From NCBI GenBank assembly GCA_004022145.1, contig RCNU01000005.1: 64,000 nt of DNA; one strand, written 5' to 3'. The DNA is from Paecilomyces variotii (Eukaryota). How positions within the stretch are numbered: the first letter of the stretch is position 1; every line of letters begins with the position of its first letter. The notes beneath the pieces are model-generated. The model made no database searches. It was not told where the DNA came from and saw only the letters and a list, made by a program, of their open reading frames with translations. Made by a program: the position numbers and the translations under genes. This document shows positions 22,792 through 35,619 of this stretch, in pieces.

Positions 22792-24694
22792 GGCGTTTAT
22801 TGATAATGACTGCCGTTGGTTAGAGATTCTTGACCTGCAGATGAACTTGCTTTTAATTTATACATTCTTCGCGAGAATAATGGGTCTACACGGCATTGTA
22901 TATCCCCCACTTGCGACTCGTGCTGTGATAGGATCTAGCATGCCTTCTGGCCCAGATACAAATGTTACTGCATGAATAAAGTGTGTAGATAAGGTCTAAA
23001 CTACCTACCAGGGGAGGACCTTTACCTAGGTAGTTCTACTATATACCCCAAGCCGGTTAGCGCCTACGTAAGCTACCTGGGAATAAGTGAACAGGGACCG
23101 CATTGAAACATCTTGGCTTTCCCGCACTTCTCGTGGATTGCCTTACAGGGGTTTAATCTTGGTACGAGTAGACTCTGTCGTTTTCAAAATCTCTGTCAGC
23201 ACAAGACAAATCCGTAGACGAAATGGACAGCAGCATAAGAGAACCAGCCAAACCTTGGCGAGACTCCGCAGAGCGGCAGAGTTGCAAGGGAGAGGGAGTC
23301 TCCTAGTTAGCTCTCTCTGGTGGATATGGCTGCTCCGTTCTGCGCATTTTGCTCGGGAGAAGAGCTATTGTGATAAGCCGATACTGACATGAGGACCAGG
23401 AAGTGCCCCCGTGCCAGGAGTTATGGTGGTCGGCCATCAATGCTATGTTTGGCCAAAGCCGGCTTCCAATGGGCCGAATGGAAGTCAACAATGGATTGAA
23501 AGGATCTCCACTGCCTCGAATACAGAGAAATTGACGCGCGTGCGAATAGAGCTGCCTTATTGCGAGATCATCATGTGCCAGAACTGAATGGGGACCTACT
23601 CCCGTTGTCTAGCCGCCACTTATGCTGTCTATCCATGTCCTCCCGGCAGAACACATGGCTTCTATTCTTGATCTGAATATCACTTTTGTGTTATAGCTGA
23701 AAACCTTCTTAAATATAATGACAAACCTCTAATCTTTAAGATACGTTCGTTAAGTGCTAGCAAAACAATACCTTGCAGGTATATTCAGACGTTTCCTTGT
23801 ACGCTAGTAACATGAAACTCCTTCTAATTGGCCCCTTCATTCAAGGAAATCACGTGTTAGTTTAAATCTTCCTATTTGGGCAGTATTAGGTGATCTTCCC
23901 CCTCTATTATTTTCTTGGTCATTGGCGCTTAGCGCCTTTCCTACGGCTTTGGCAGCGCCGGCGTAAGATCCCTGGTATATATTAAGTATATACTCTGACT
24001 GATTATAGCGCCCTGTATCAAATAAATTAGCATAACTGAATCATTTAAACAAGGTTAAATCAATTATTAGAACTATACTAAACCTCTACTAAGAAAAAAC
24101 TTACTACAATCCTAGTATATACCAAAGGCATCTTAAAGGCGGAAGAAATGGGCAGAATTTAGCACCAGGACCACGGCAAGCACCCGCCGCAACAAGCGCC
24201 TCGTGCGGCAACCTCCGCCAACCACTTATCTAAGCGCCGAGCCGCGCCCCTTTGGTCCAGCTACGTACTACTCCAAAGTCGGGACGCTTTACTGCAGCTC
24301 CGCCGACATCTTGAAGCGGGAGGAGCCAGACACAACGATTACTCTCACCAAAACTACGATTCTCCATCCTGTTTTCGAGCACAGATACCCGAGTATTTCG
24401 ATCTACCGCCCCGAAGAGTCCAAACCGGCCGTCTTTCAATCGAGATCCTCCAACGAGCAGAGCGTGACGGACGGATTGAAAGGACGATACCATCGATAGA
24501 GCATACAGGAGAGGAGAGCACTGAGCAACTGGGCTGTTCTCTGCAGTTTTTCGGCCTCGTTTGGGCTCTAGGATCCGCCTCAAGTTCACGAGAACTCTCA
24601 TCGGGCATTGTCGTCGAAACCGGCGGAAGAAGACATCCGCGCTTGAGCACTGTTAACATCCCGATTTCGAGAGAAGGGATAAGAAGAATACAAG

Positions 24695-25311
24695 ATGGCG
24701 AACGGGTACGTCTTTCCAGATTCCTCCGTCCATTGGCAGTTATTCCTGGCCCCGATTTCGTCGTCACCTGGCGTCGGGAACCTACTATCGAGCTATTCTC
24801 ATCACATAACATCAAAAGATCATAACTAACTAGAACTTGTTCCATTCATACAGCTGGAGTGTGATCATCGGCCTTATCATCGTGGTACTTGCGAGTCTGG
24901 CCGCTTGGCTATTCAGTCCAAAGGGAGACAATCAAACGTTAGTCTCGAATTCCCCTACTGGCTTGCTACGTTTCGCTCTCCCGATTCAGGAGAACAAGGA
25001 TCGATACATACGCCCAGGAACCGATTCAGAATCCATTTTATGTTTTCCAAGAAACCAATCTGAAAAGACCAAAATACTGACGTAAATGCATGAAACAGAC
25101 TCTGGCGTAGCTCCCTCATTCTCGCTTTCGCAGCTTGTTATATCATGTGGGGTATGAATTTCCCTCTCTTCCTCCCGCCCTTCCTCTCGTTCTCGACTTT
25201 GGATAATCCATAGCTAACACGGCGGCTCCAGCTATCACGTTTCTCGCACAATGGCATCCCCTTATCGCTCCCAAGCGAGCAGACATCCGACCGGACCGGA
25301 TCCCGCATTAA
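24695..25311 (+). CDS. vma9: V-type ATPase V0 subunit e
   Basis: Four exons (introns 24706-24853, 24938-25099, 25152-25231) give MANGWSVIIGLIIVVLASLAAWLFSPKGDNQTLWRSSLILAFAACYIMWAITFLAQWHPLIAPKRADIRPDRIPH*. The ORF track shows only a fragment. Confidence 0.92.
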
Positions 25312-25614
25312 TCATACTCAAGTTTGGTTGAGCTGTGAATAACTGTTTTTGTAGGGGATATGAAATTGTATTGCTTGCTGTTGAGAATCGTAAATTATTT
25401 GTTAGTATTTTAAGCATAGGAATGTCTGTTTCTGTTCTCTCGATTTCCCTTGAGAGATTGGATTGTTTGTCCTTTGGTATTTTCCTATATTATTTGGTGA
25501 CTAAACGGCCTTGTATCATTTTTCGTTCGTAATCTATGTATACATGAAACTTTGATGGGGGAGGAGAAAAAAAGATATCAGATAAGATACACAACTATCC
25601 ATACGAGAAACTAT

Positions 25615-27014
25615 CTACCCAACCCCCACCGCAGTCAACAGTGCCTTTTCTACTGTCCAACGTGCTGCTTGACCAACAACTGCCAGTGCCACCGCTCGTG
25701 GATAACCGCAGTCTAAGAGGATAAACAGCGCCTCGATGTTGTTCAACAAGACAAGGTATGTATCTGCTGCGCTGAGTGAAATAAGGGAAAGAAGAGAGTT
25801 AAAGACCGAAACTATCCGGTCAGAGAATGCCGGTGCGGCTGAACTGGTGGCAGTCGAGAGTGATAGAGAAAAGGAAGGAAGTAAAGATGCGGCGGTAGGG
25901 ATCGAGGTAGGGGCATGCGAGGCGGATGTTGCTGTCGCTGCTGACAGGAACTCCGAGTTCGCGCTGGAGAATAGTGCAGTCGAAGTCGAAGAGGAAAGGG
26001 CTTCGATGCCCCTCTGCAGGAGTGTGGCGGCGGCACTGTTGGTCTCTTCGCTGCCGGTCTCGGGAACCTCAGTGGAACCCTCTGGACCCCAAATCACCAG
26101 CAGGATTGGAAATAATTTCGCACAGCTGCTCACAAGCAGCGCAGTACTGATAGCACTTGGGCTTGCTGGCGACGGAGGCGGAAGAGGTTGAACCGTCTGC
26201 GTCGGAGCAGTAGATGAACGACGAAGAGGGGGGATGATTCCGCTATTACTAGCAACCGGAGGCGGCGGTCTAGTAGCTACCGCGCTACTTGCTGAACCTG
26301 CTTCTGAACCGGAAGGTCCACGGACAGCCTGCCTGGATGGACTCATCGGTTGGTTGATCGGTGCAAGAGTTGCAGGGCTGGCTTCGCCCACCCCAGCGCT
26401 AGTAGGGAGAGGACACTGTCTCCGAGCTATTATAGACACCAGACCACGGACTGTTAAATGATGCACAAGTGTCGCAAGCGCATTCAACGTAAGGAAAAAG
26501 AGGTATTGTACGACAATCGGAGCGTTAGAAAGGCGGGTCGACGCAAGCGACGAGTTCTTTTCGATTCGCGCCCACGTCAAATAGACGTCAAACAGAAGAA
26601 GAAGGATTCCAAGTCGAATGATTGATCTCTGGAATTGATAAGAATGAGAAGTCAGCTATATGCAACGGAGGCTGCTCGGGGATCATGCGCATGCTCACAT
26701 CGAACTTGTTGTCATCTCGACCTAAGCGGTTGAACAGAAGATGTCGGTATACCTAGCTTAAGTTGTTAGAAATGATACTATCCAACCGATAGAAAGCTTA
26801 GCGCATTAGTTATACGGGTACGTACTTGGGGTTTGATCAAAACAAGATCAATGAAGAGCACGACAAAGTCATGCTCAACATACTTGTCGGCGAACTTCTC
26901 GCAACGCGGACATTGTGTCAAACGCACTCCTTTACCGAGAGAGTGGTCGTCCGCTTTGCTATAGGAAGTGTAGAGATGCGATACGGGATATGAGCACTCG
27001 ATACAAATAGGCAT
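25615..27014 (-). CDS. arv1: Arv1 lipid/sterol homeostasis protein
   Basis: N-terminal AHD zinc motif MPICIEC...LTQCPRCEKFADKYVEHDFVVLFIDLVLIKPQ-VYRHLLFN, two introns, then SIIRLGILLLLFDVYLTWARIEK and further TM segments. Confidence 0.92.
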
Positions 27015-27178
27015 AGTGTCATGAAGGGCGCATGGTGAAGGGAAAGGAACTGGCCTTTTCCCCAGATTGCGACTTGCTTTCCGCAAGATGGATCGAGAAG
27101 CTGCGGAGCCCGGAGCCTCGAGACGGTCCGTGCGAGGAAACGCCGAAAGCTTGTCTTTTCTAAGCAACAAACAATAAC

Positions 27179-27204
27179 TAGTTAACTACATAGGTAGTTA
27201 ACTA
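27179..27204. repeat. Perfect 11-bp inverted repeat with a 4-nt loop between the arg2 3' end and the arv1 start
   Basis: TAGTTAACTAC-ATAG-GTAGTTAACTA. Confidence 0.8.
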
Positions 27205-27341
27205 ACTTACTTAAATAGTTATGCGACTTTCGTGTCTGGGTGGTCAGTCGCCTGTAATATAGTAAGCTACTACAAGCAAGTGAAATGATGCGTATGTATC
27301 GTTTTATATCGTCTATATACATTCGTATGTACAAAGCTGAT

Positions 27342-29512
27342 TCAATCAACAACACTTTTAGCGTCTGCCCAGCTCGGCTGGATGCTGCGACACACAGCCT
27401 CGTAGTCACGGAACTTTTGTTCATCCTCTGGAAGGCCGGGAGTAGTCCAGAACATTGTCCAGTTACTATCAGGCAGCTTCCACGTGCCCTTGGAGCGTTC
27501 GAAATACCACTTGTTGACGGGGTTATCCCGACGACTGCGCCAGCAGACGCCGTTGGGAAAACAAGACCGAACCATAGCATTGAACACCATGTCCGCGACT
27601 CCTCCGGCTCCTTGGCTCCGCTTCAATACAGCAAATTTGTCGAGATACGGAACCATCCGGGAGAAGCTGGCTTCACTTCCATCGTCGACAACACCCGGAG
27701 GTGTCTCCCATGTGAGAATTGCACCTCCTTCATACTCGCCGGCGATAATAAGCCCCGCGATACGATTGTTGACACGATCCAAATAGTCCTGAACGTCAAG
27801 TTTGCGGTTGAAGGAATCTTCAATCAAGTACACAAGACGTCCGAGATCGATGCGCGGGTCGTCCAGCCTCAGGCGCGGTTCACCTCCGTTGTCAGCCGTC
27901 CAGGCCTTAACCCGAGGGTGTGGTAATATCGTCAACGGCATTCCCCGTTTGACAAAGGTGGAGTGCGTAACAGGGTAATGCAGCTGTTTGCCAGAGCTAG
28001 CGTTGACATTTCGTCTCCCTTCGGGCAATGAAGATGATTGAGGGGGTTTGTCCGTCAGTAAGTTATGGATTAGTGGGTTCCTTAGTCGACGGGTACCAAC
28101 AGCTGAGGGCTGCGAAGCGGATTCTGGAACCCTGGCAGAATTGGCTACTTCTGTCGGGGATGTGATGATCCCAGATGAGGATGGGGGTAAAAGGGCAAGG
28201 ATCTTCTGGGAGAGTCGAAGATTTCCCAGGTGGCGTTGCAGTGAGCTTTCTCCACCAGTGACTTTCGACACACTTCCTTGACGGACAACTTCAGAGTTGA
28301 CAGATTTGGAGAGAGGGTTGTTCTCAGCGATTGCGGATATAGAGTCTCGTCCCAGCGATAGATTCGAGCCACCAGCTGCGGGTAGTGACATCTGTTGCAG
28401 GAGTTCATTCTCGATATCTTCGTATTCCTGCTCCATATTTATGAATACGTGTGAGTTATGCGGTCCGCTGAAAGCAGGTATGCCTCCAAGAGAATCCAAC
28501 ACAATCAACCTATCCAGGGAGACTTCGGCCTGAAGTGTCGCTATCCTCTGAGCCGTCACCTGAGGATCTTCATCCGGGTCCGCAGTGACTTCAAGGCCAG
28601 CAAATTCCCGCGCGAGCGAGAAGAGAACGTCACTTGCAGGAATAGGGACAACTTTGGGCGATTGCTCCGTATAGGCGACAGGAGCGATAATGACCGTCTG
28701 TCCATTCCTCAGGGGCTGCAGTAGCAACTTCCGCGAAAGGACTTTGGGACTATGAAGTGCCGCCTCTGGTATGATGAGTGCAGAGTCCAGAATCAGAGAA
28801 TTGGGACCGCTGAACTTGTCGGCAGCCTTGGACAGTCGATCGGCCTGTTGCATAACTGACTTGCGCCATACCGACGGATCCTCTATAGGCCCCGGGTCTA
28901 GAACAACGCAGGAGGTCATCCCAAGTCGCCTCAGTTGCCATAGCGTCTGTGCGATCCCCTCAATCATATCATCGTCTAGCAGCTGTGGCGTATTGATCTT
29001 GACTAGAGCAAAGTGGAGCCTTTCACTGACTTCCTCTGTCACCTGGGCTGGCGTTTCCTCTTGTCGGAAGACAGGACTATCATAGACAGACCTTGAAGCG
29101 CCATAGAATGATCCGAGATTGACTCCAAGCTTTGCCCCGTGCGCTATGTGGCCATCCTGCTTTTCTTTGTTTGGTATTTTGCGTTTGGGAGCTCCAGGCT
29201 TGAAACGTGAAAGGTAGGCTTTGGCCTCGCGCTTTGTCGATGCCGACCCGAGAAGACTCAGATAGAATTCCTTTCCCGGGGCACAGTTCAGCCAATGTTG
29301 GATGTTCACGGTGCCAGAACGAGGGGACCTACTCTATCTGCGAGCTTCTCTTTTGAGAAATGGCCCAATTGATCATTGTAATTATGTTCACTGGAACCGC
29401 TGCGAACACCAGCTGGAGCCGCATTGGAGGACGCACGGGCTGTGACAGAGCTGGAAAAGAACCGGGACTTTGCGCCGGAGACGCAATAAGGTAAATGACG
29501 ACGAGTGGCCAT
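27342..29512 (-). CDS. arg2: Mitochondrial amino-acid N-acetyltransferase (N-acetylglutamate synthase)
   Basis: Exon 1 (MATRRHLP...KEKLADR) looks like a mitochondrial presequence. After intron 29332-29271 come [23 protein letters not shown] and the NAT domain YLDKFAV...[19 protein letters not shown]. Confidence 0.93.
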
Positions 29513-31011
29513 TTCAGACTTTGGCAGAAACAATCGTCAGTACGAAACAGTATATTTTAGCGGTAAACATACCTTTAAGTGCAAATATTTCGAAGCCCTT
29601 GGCCAGTCCAACACAATAGCACTCATGTTTCATTATGTGACCGGCGCGAATCGGATACCAACTGACGGATGCATAGGAGACGGAAAGGACACAACGGAGT
29701 GCAAACACACAGGACAAGGAAAAGCACCGGCTAATGAAGGAAGCTAATAATATGAAAAGTAACAGTACTGCCCATACAACGGGACAGAGACCGCGGAGGG
29801 GCCGAAGCAGATGGAAGAAGAGCCAAAGTGTTGTGGAGAACAATAATGCGATGACTCTTTTTCTGCCGCCGGCCCGTGACGCAGAACTTGACCGCCTTTC
29901 TTCCACGCTGACTGATAAGGGCCGTGTCGCGTGGCAGTTAGGTACTTAGGGCAATCTACTACCTACTCGTGCATCTTTATGCCTCACTCCTCTTTGACAG
30001 TGGGCATCGCGAATGGCCGAGTTCTTTCACCAAAATAGGCCATTCAATGCCTCAAGATACCGGGCTCGTCTCTAGGGAGTTCAAATCGACGACGGGATTC
30101 GCAAACCACGGAACTGAAGGTGGATGGTTGCCATGCTATCACGCCAATGATCAAGACCGGATCAAGCCAGCATCAAGCCAGCATCATCAAGATGTGGATG
30201 CTGATGCCTCTCTAACTAGATAATGAGGGATTTCATACGCACCGGGACAGAAAAAAACAAAAGAGAAACAAGCGTGAAACAAAATAAGAAGAAAAGAAAA
30301 AGCAAAGAGCATATCACTTTCGTTTCCAAACCCAGCATCTAGATAACTCGAACTACCCCGCGCGTGAAACTGATAATCTTGACCCGGTATCGCAGAGCTT
30401 CATATTCTAATCCTGTTTGTGGTCCTGATCTAGTCTCAAGGGTTAGGGATTTGCGGCGCCCTCCTATCTTCATGCAGGACCGTGTCATAGTTTTCATCAC
30501 CTCTGGTTCTCATACTCACGAGTCCATGATTCAAATCTAGATATAAGGGACAATGATAATACTGCAATCTCCTTCGGCCATATTTCGAGACTGATACTTA
30601 TGATGTCAACTATAGTATCTCAGCTTGGACGGCGCAGTGGATACGGTAATTAACAGGGGCATACTCCCTTTCTCGCACAGGATGGCGGATATTCGAAAAA
30701 GGTCCGCGATCTAGCTGCTTCGGCCCACATTTATCCTGAATTATTAGGTTAGTTAGTCCTATTCGAAACTCGGTCTTAAGTGCCAGTTATAGGACGCGTC
30801 ATGAAACATATGATAACTGAAATGGGACCGGATGGATACAAACCGAGCAGTCTCGCGAGCTCTATCTGTGCTAAAGTGGGCTGAGGGGCTTTCTTGGCCT
30901 GTATATTGCTTCGTATCCGGGGAGCATTGCTCAGGTCCGAGATTTATACGTCGAGATGTACATAATACGTCGTGTAAACGCCATTCTCATAATCTAGACA
31001 TCAAACAATAC

Positions 31012-33301
31012 CTAGAACTGCGCATGTTCCTGCCATTGTTGAAAAAAGGAAGAACCCAACTGATCAAGACCCATACCGAACTCGGTCAGAAAATCAAAAT
31101 CCATCCCACCGGCTGACGGCGTGAGTATCGCGTTATCAGCAGTCCAGGAGTCCAGATCAAACTGGGTATGCGTCACTGATGAGGAGCTTTCAGCCCTGGA
31201 CTTTAATATATCGTAGGACATTCTAAGACTTTCAATGGCGGCTTTATTAACCGCGTCCCTCACAGGGGAACCCTCTGCAATGGCGTCGATCTGGGCCATG
31301 GCCACACTGAAGTAAACTAATATCTTGACGTTTGTTTCGCCGTTTAATAATCTGTCTTTTCCATGCTCGACGATCTTTCGGGCGTCTTGCAGCAGAGGTT
31401 CTCTCCGAGCTTTGTTCCTGGACTTTGAGAAAATTGCATTGTCGCTTTCGAATCGTGAAGTCAATTCTAGGAATATCATAAGCGCAGAGTCTGTCAGTAT
31501 CTCTCGAAACATGCCGCCTCCGACAACCATGAGGCGGTGGTATATCTCGTCGTCGAGGAGAGAGATCGTTGAAAGAGCATTCTCGAGACATATTTCTGCT
31601 GAATGACTGTATATTGGATCTTCATAAGCCTTGGCTGCGAATGGTCGATGAAGAAGGAGTAATAATCGTCGATGATAGTGATCGCAGAGGTTGTGTGGAA
31701 ATTCTGAGAGCCACAAATTGGTCTCTAGCGATCTATATTGATTGATTGTGACCGCAGCATTCTTATAAGTTGACATCATTTCGTTTCCAAGACGAAGCAC
31801 CTCATCATATGATGGCTGTTTCTGCAAGTCATTCATGATCTCGACTACCTTCAACCTAAGAGGGAGAGAAGAGGCCAGTAGAAGCTGAAAGGAGGCTTGT
31901 GTAAGTACGGTTGACTCTTTTCCTGCAGATTCTATCCCAGGTGTATCAACCAAGTCATCATCGTCAGTGTTCAAGGGGAACCGAGTATCATAGTCAGCAG
32001 CGGAAACCATGGGAATCATTCCGGCATCCAAAGAACTCTGGACATTGATCTCCAATATGGTATACCACAGTCGCCTTCGGAGCTCTTTTTCCAACGCAGG
32101 CATTTCTCCGAGATTATTAGGATCGTGATGTAAACCCATCTGCATGGCCATGCGTATTAAACAACCCGCAGAAATCCAGGTTAAATCAGCCCCAACATAG
32201 TTGGTCTGGCGAGCAAGGAGAAGTAGGCAATGTATTTGGAGACCATCCAGAGTGAGACGATTCTTTTCAATGGGCCCTGAGAGCCATGTCTGGGCTATGT
32301 CAATCCAATCCAGAGCACTCTTCCGCAGATCCTGTCGTAAAACAACCTCACCCACGATAGGTGCCACGACGGCCATCACCAACGAGAGCTTCAATATGAA
32401 AGGTGCCGGTGCACCTTCCAGATTCTCCACGTAGCCTTCATACTCTGCGTAAAACGACGGTGAGTGCAGGATACGATAGCAAGACTCAAAGGTGTGAAAA
32501 TATAGCCCCAACAAGTCCCTCGTCACTGAAGGACTGGGAAAAGTTTGAAACATCCCAGCAGGAAGCGGACTTCGACTGGGGCGCTGCGTTTTGACCTGTC
32601 GAGCGAGCTGCTTGCACTTTATTACCGTTGCACGTATTTCAGGATTCGGTTCAGTATTGTCCTGCTGTGACGGTGTGAAACCAAGTGAACTTAGCAGATG
32701 CAAGGCTGGTAGTTTCCGCGTCTTTTCAATATCAGTCCCTACACCCATATACCGTACATCCGCCAAAATATAGAATCCATACCTCAGGATACGAGCTCAT
32801 CCAATGACTCGGACCGAACACTCTCGTCTTCGAGAATGTGCCATGGATTGGGCTATTTACAGTGGCATTGTGCGAAGGGGCTTTTGACGTCTTGCTTCCT
32901 CCGGCATGTGTCCGTGGTTGGGACCCCTCCCATGTTCTCACAGCAGGCTCTTCTGAGACGGGCTCGTTCTGCACATCATTCGAAGGACTTCCACGAGCGG
33001 GTATGCGTCTAATAGTACTTCTTATATTTCTGATATGAACCCCTCCAAGTCTATCCGGAGATTGGTGTGCGCCTGCATCGACAGTATGCTCCGCGTCAAC
33101 TGCTTCCTCACCACGGGCTCGTCGTGAGACACGAGTGGTTTTCGGCACTGGAGGGTTTTCCGCGTAGGTGCAATCCACGGAATTTCGAATACATCGTCTG
33201 CAAGGGTGATTGCGGTCACACTTGACCTTGCGACGCCGACACTCGATGCAAGCCAGGGCGGGCCTTCGGCGTTTCTTGGTTGCTGGGCTTATGTCCGCCA
33301 T
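31012..33301 (-). CDS. Zn(II)2Cys6 transcription factor with a fungal-specific (Fungal_trans) middle homology domain
   Basis: ACIECRRRKVKCDRNHPCRRCIRNSVDC zinc cluster, intron 32782-32722, and MHR motif AMQMGLHHDP...ELRRRLWYTILE. Confidence 0.93.
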
Positions 33302-33437
33302 TGTATGGTATCTTTGTCCGCACTGATTAACGCAACATGCAAGAAATAATTTTGCTGTGAAGTAAAGTTAATGATCCTGCCTATCTATTCCTCGCTGAAT
33401 GGGCTGCAATAGATGTGGTGTATGAAAAAGTGCAAAG

Positions 33438-33454
33438 TCCGACAACATGTCGGA
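33438..33454. promoter_or_regulatory. Everted CCG-N9-CGG perfect inverted repeat; candidate Zn2Cys6 site in the divergent TF/monooxygenase promoter
   Basis: TCCGACA-ACA-TGTCGGA. Confidence 0.5.
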
Positions 33455-34142
33455 TTGGAGATGTGAAAAGTGCGAACAGGGGGCCAAATAAGTATCCCGA
33501 TATCTCCGAGCCCATGGGAGAAAAGACCGAGAACGGAGGACAACGTGCTTTCAATGCCACACAATCTACGACTAGTACTCAGCAATTGACATGGGTCTTT
33601 CGAAGATTTGTATAGTATCGTATGTTTCCGGAGTCTTAAGGACGGCTATTCTATGTGAGAGGTTATATCAATGCGTATTCGCCCGATATAGTCGTACCAA
33701 GCATACATATCACCAGTGACAACATTACCAAGAACCGATAATAACTCTTGATAGAATACGTTTAATCGAACAATGCGATATGATTTTAATGGGATATGTG
33801 TGAACTGGATGTCTTTTAAATACAGAGAGATCAATCTCTCCAGCAGTCCCGGTAATGCACTTCGCACGAGATATTTTGTTAGTGTGATGTCCAACGCCAG
33901 CGATGCTGTAACCCCAAGCGTTTCATTATTTTTTGGCCATGGAACTCTTGCTGTATTGAGCCATCGCAATGGCCACCATCGTATTTTCAATACTCGGTGA
34001 ATTAGACCCGTTGAAAGCACCGAGATGTACATACATCCGAGCTGGCTATAAGATCATAAATAGGACCTATCTGCACAGCACCTCCATTTCATTCAATTGA
34101 TCTCATATCATCACAAAATATCAAATCACCATCTCATAAACC

Positions 34143-35423
34143 ATGCCTCAACTAAAAATCCTCATTTCCGGCGCGGGCATAGCGGGACTCGCCTCTGCCC
34201 TATGGCTCTCCAAGCTCGGCCACGACATCACCATCATAGAGCGCTTCCCAACTCTCCGCGCTACAGGCCTGCAAGTAGACCTACGTGGGCACGGCATAGA
34301 AGTGCTGAAACGCATGGGCCTCGAACAAGCCTTCCGGGCCAAATCCGTCCCCGAGCAAGGATTGCAGGTTGTCGATTCTCGCGGGAGACGATGGGCTTAT
34401 TTCCCTGCAAATCGGTCCGGGAAGGGACTGCAGAGTTTCACGACAGATTGGGAGATCATGCGAGGAGATCTATGTCGGTTGCTTCATGACGCTTGTGAAG
34501 ATCGGGTGAAATACGTTTTCGGGACGTATATTGAGAACTTTCAGGAGGACAGTGATGAGTTTGTTGAAGTGTTGTTTTCAGATGGAAGAAGGGATCGGTT
34601 TGATCTCGTGATAGGTGCTGATGGGCAGGGGTCACGGACGAGGAAAATGATGCTTGGGTCGAATACTCCTGATCGGATCACTTGGTTAGGTGGTATGTAT
34701 TTCGGATACTTCACCATTCCGAAACCGCTTCAGGAAGGGGAGGATTTCCGCGCAACATCCTATATGGCTCCTGGGAGACGGTTCATACTTACCCGAAGGC
34801 ACCGGCCTGATCGTGTGCAGGTATACCTCGGCTGCAAGACCGATTCGGAGAGTCTGAAGAATGCCCGCAGAGGTGACGTCCAGGAAGAGGTTAATGCGTT
34901 CGTGGAAATCTTCCGCGGTGCCGGGTGGCAGACGGAGCAGTTCCTGAAGGCTCTTCAAGAAGACACCGATGATTTCTACTGTGAGCGGATCGGAGTCGTC
35001 AAGATGGATTCGTGGTCTCAGGGTCGTGTTGTTCTCGTCGGAGATGCAGGATATTGTCCCTCAGCCAATACTGGAATGGGAACCACTTCTGCACTCGTGG
35101 GTGCATATATCCTAGCTGGAGAGATTTCGAAAATTCAAAAGGGTCACGAGACGAAAGACCATAATACGAAAAAGGAGCTCCTCATGGCGCTGAAAAGCTA
35201 CGATGAAAAGTTCCGACCATTTATGGATCAGGTGCAGAGAGGATTGACGGAAGACTGGGACGTCTGGGATTGGATTGCTTCAACTTGGCTGAATGTTCTG
35301 ATATTCAACTTCTTAGTGGCAGTGGCTTCGTTTCTGAGAATTAATATCCTGGGTAGATTCGCACTTCGTGAAGATGTGAAAGATTGGTCTCTTCCGGATT
35401 ATGAAGAGATGACGAAGGGTTGA
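34143..35423 (+). CDS. FAD-dependent monooxygenase/oxidoreductase (FAD_binding_3, group A type); intronless
   Basis: Rossmann motif ILISGAGIAG, DG motif DLVIGADGQGS, GD motif VVLVGDAGYCPS..GMGTT. Single 426-aa ORF. Confidence 0.93.
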   Translation: MPQLKILISGAGIAGLASALWLSKLGHDITIIERFPTLRATGLQVDLRGHGIEVLKRMGLEQAFRAKSVPEQGLQVVDSRGRRWAYFPANRSGKGLQSFTTDWEIMRGDLCRLLHDACEDRVKYVFGTYIENFQEDSDEFVEVLFSDGRRDRFDLVIGADGQGSRTRKMMLGSNTPDRITWLGGMYFGYFTIPKPLQEGEDFRATSYMAPGRRFILTRRHRPDRVQVYLGCKTDSESLKNARRGDVQEEVNAFVEIFRGAGWQTEQFLKALQEDTDDFYCERIGVVKMDSWSQGRVVLVGDAGYCPSANTGMGTTSALVGAYILAGEISKIQKGHETKDHNTKKELLMALKSYDEKFRPFMDQVQRGLTEDWDVWDWIASTWLNVLIFNFLVAVASFLRINILGRFALREDVKDWSLPDYEEMTKG

Positions 35424-35619
35424 AGATGGAGGATGTAGTGACACTTTGTATACATTTCAAGAAGAGCTCAGGAACTCCCCTCTACTTTTACCACCTTGTA
35501 TATTAATAATGGACAACTATCTTCTATGGCCATGGAAACAGAATATAATAGATGTTCGCATCTGAACCCAGTAGATATATATATATATATATATATGACA
35601 TCAAATTCATTCCACTATT

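Noticed and set aside
27285..27926. 213-aa plus-strand ORF
   Set aside because: Antisense shadow of arg2. The same applies to shadow ORFs over ddi1, arv1, the MscS gene and bpl1.
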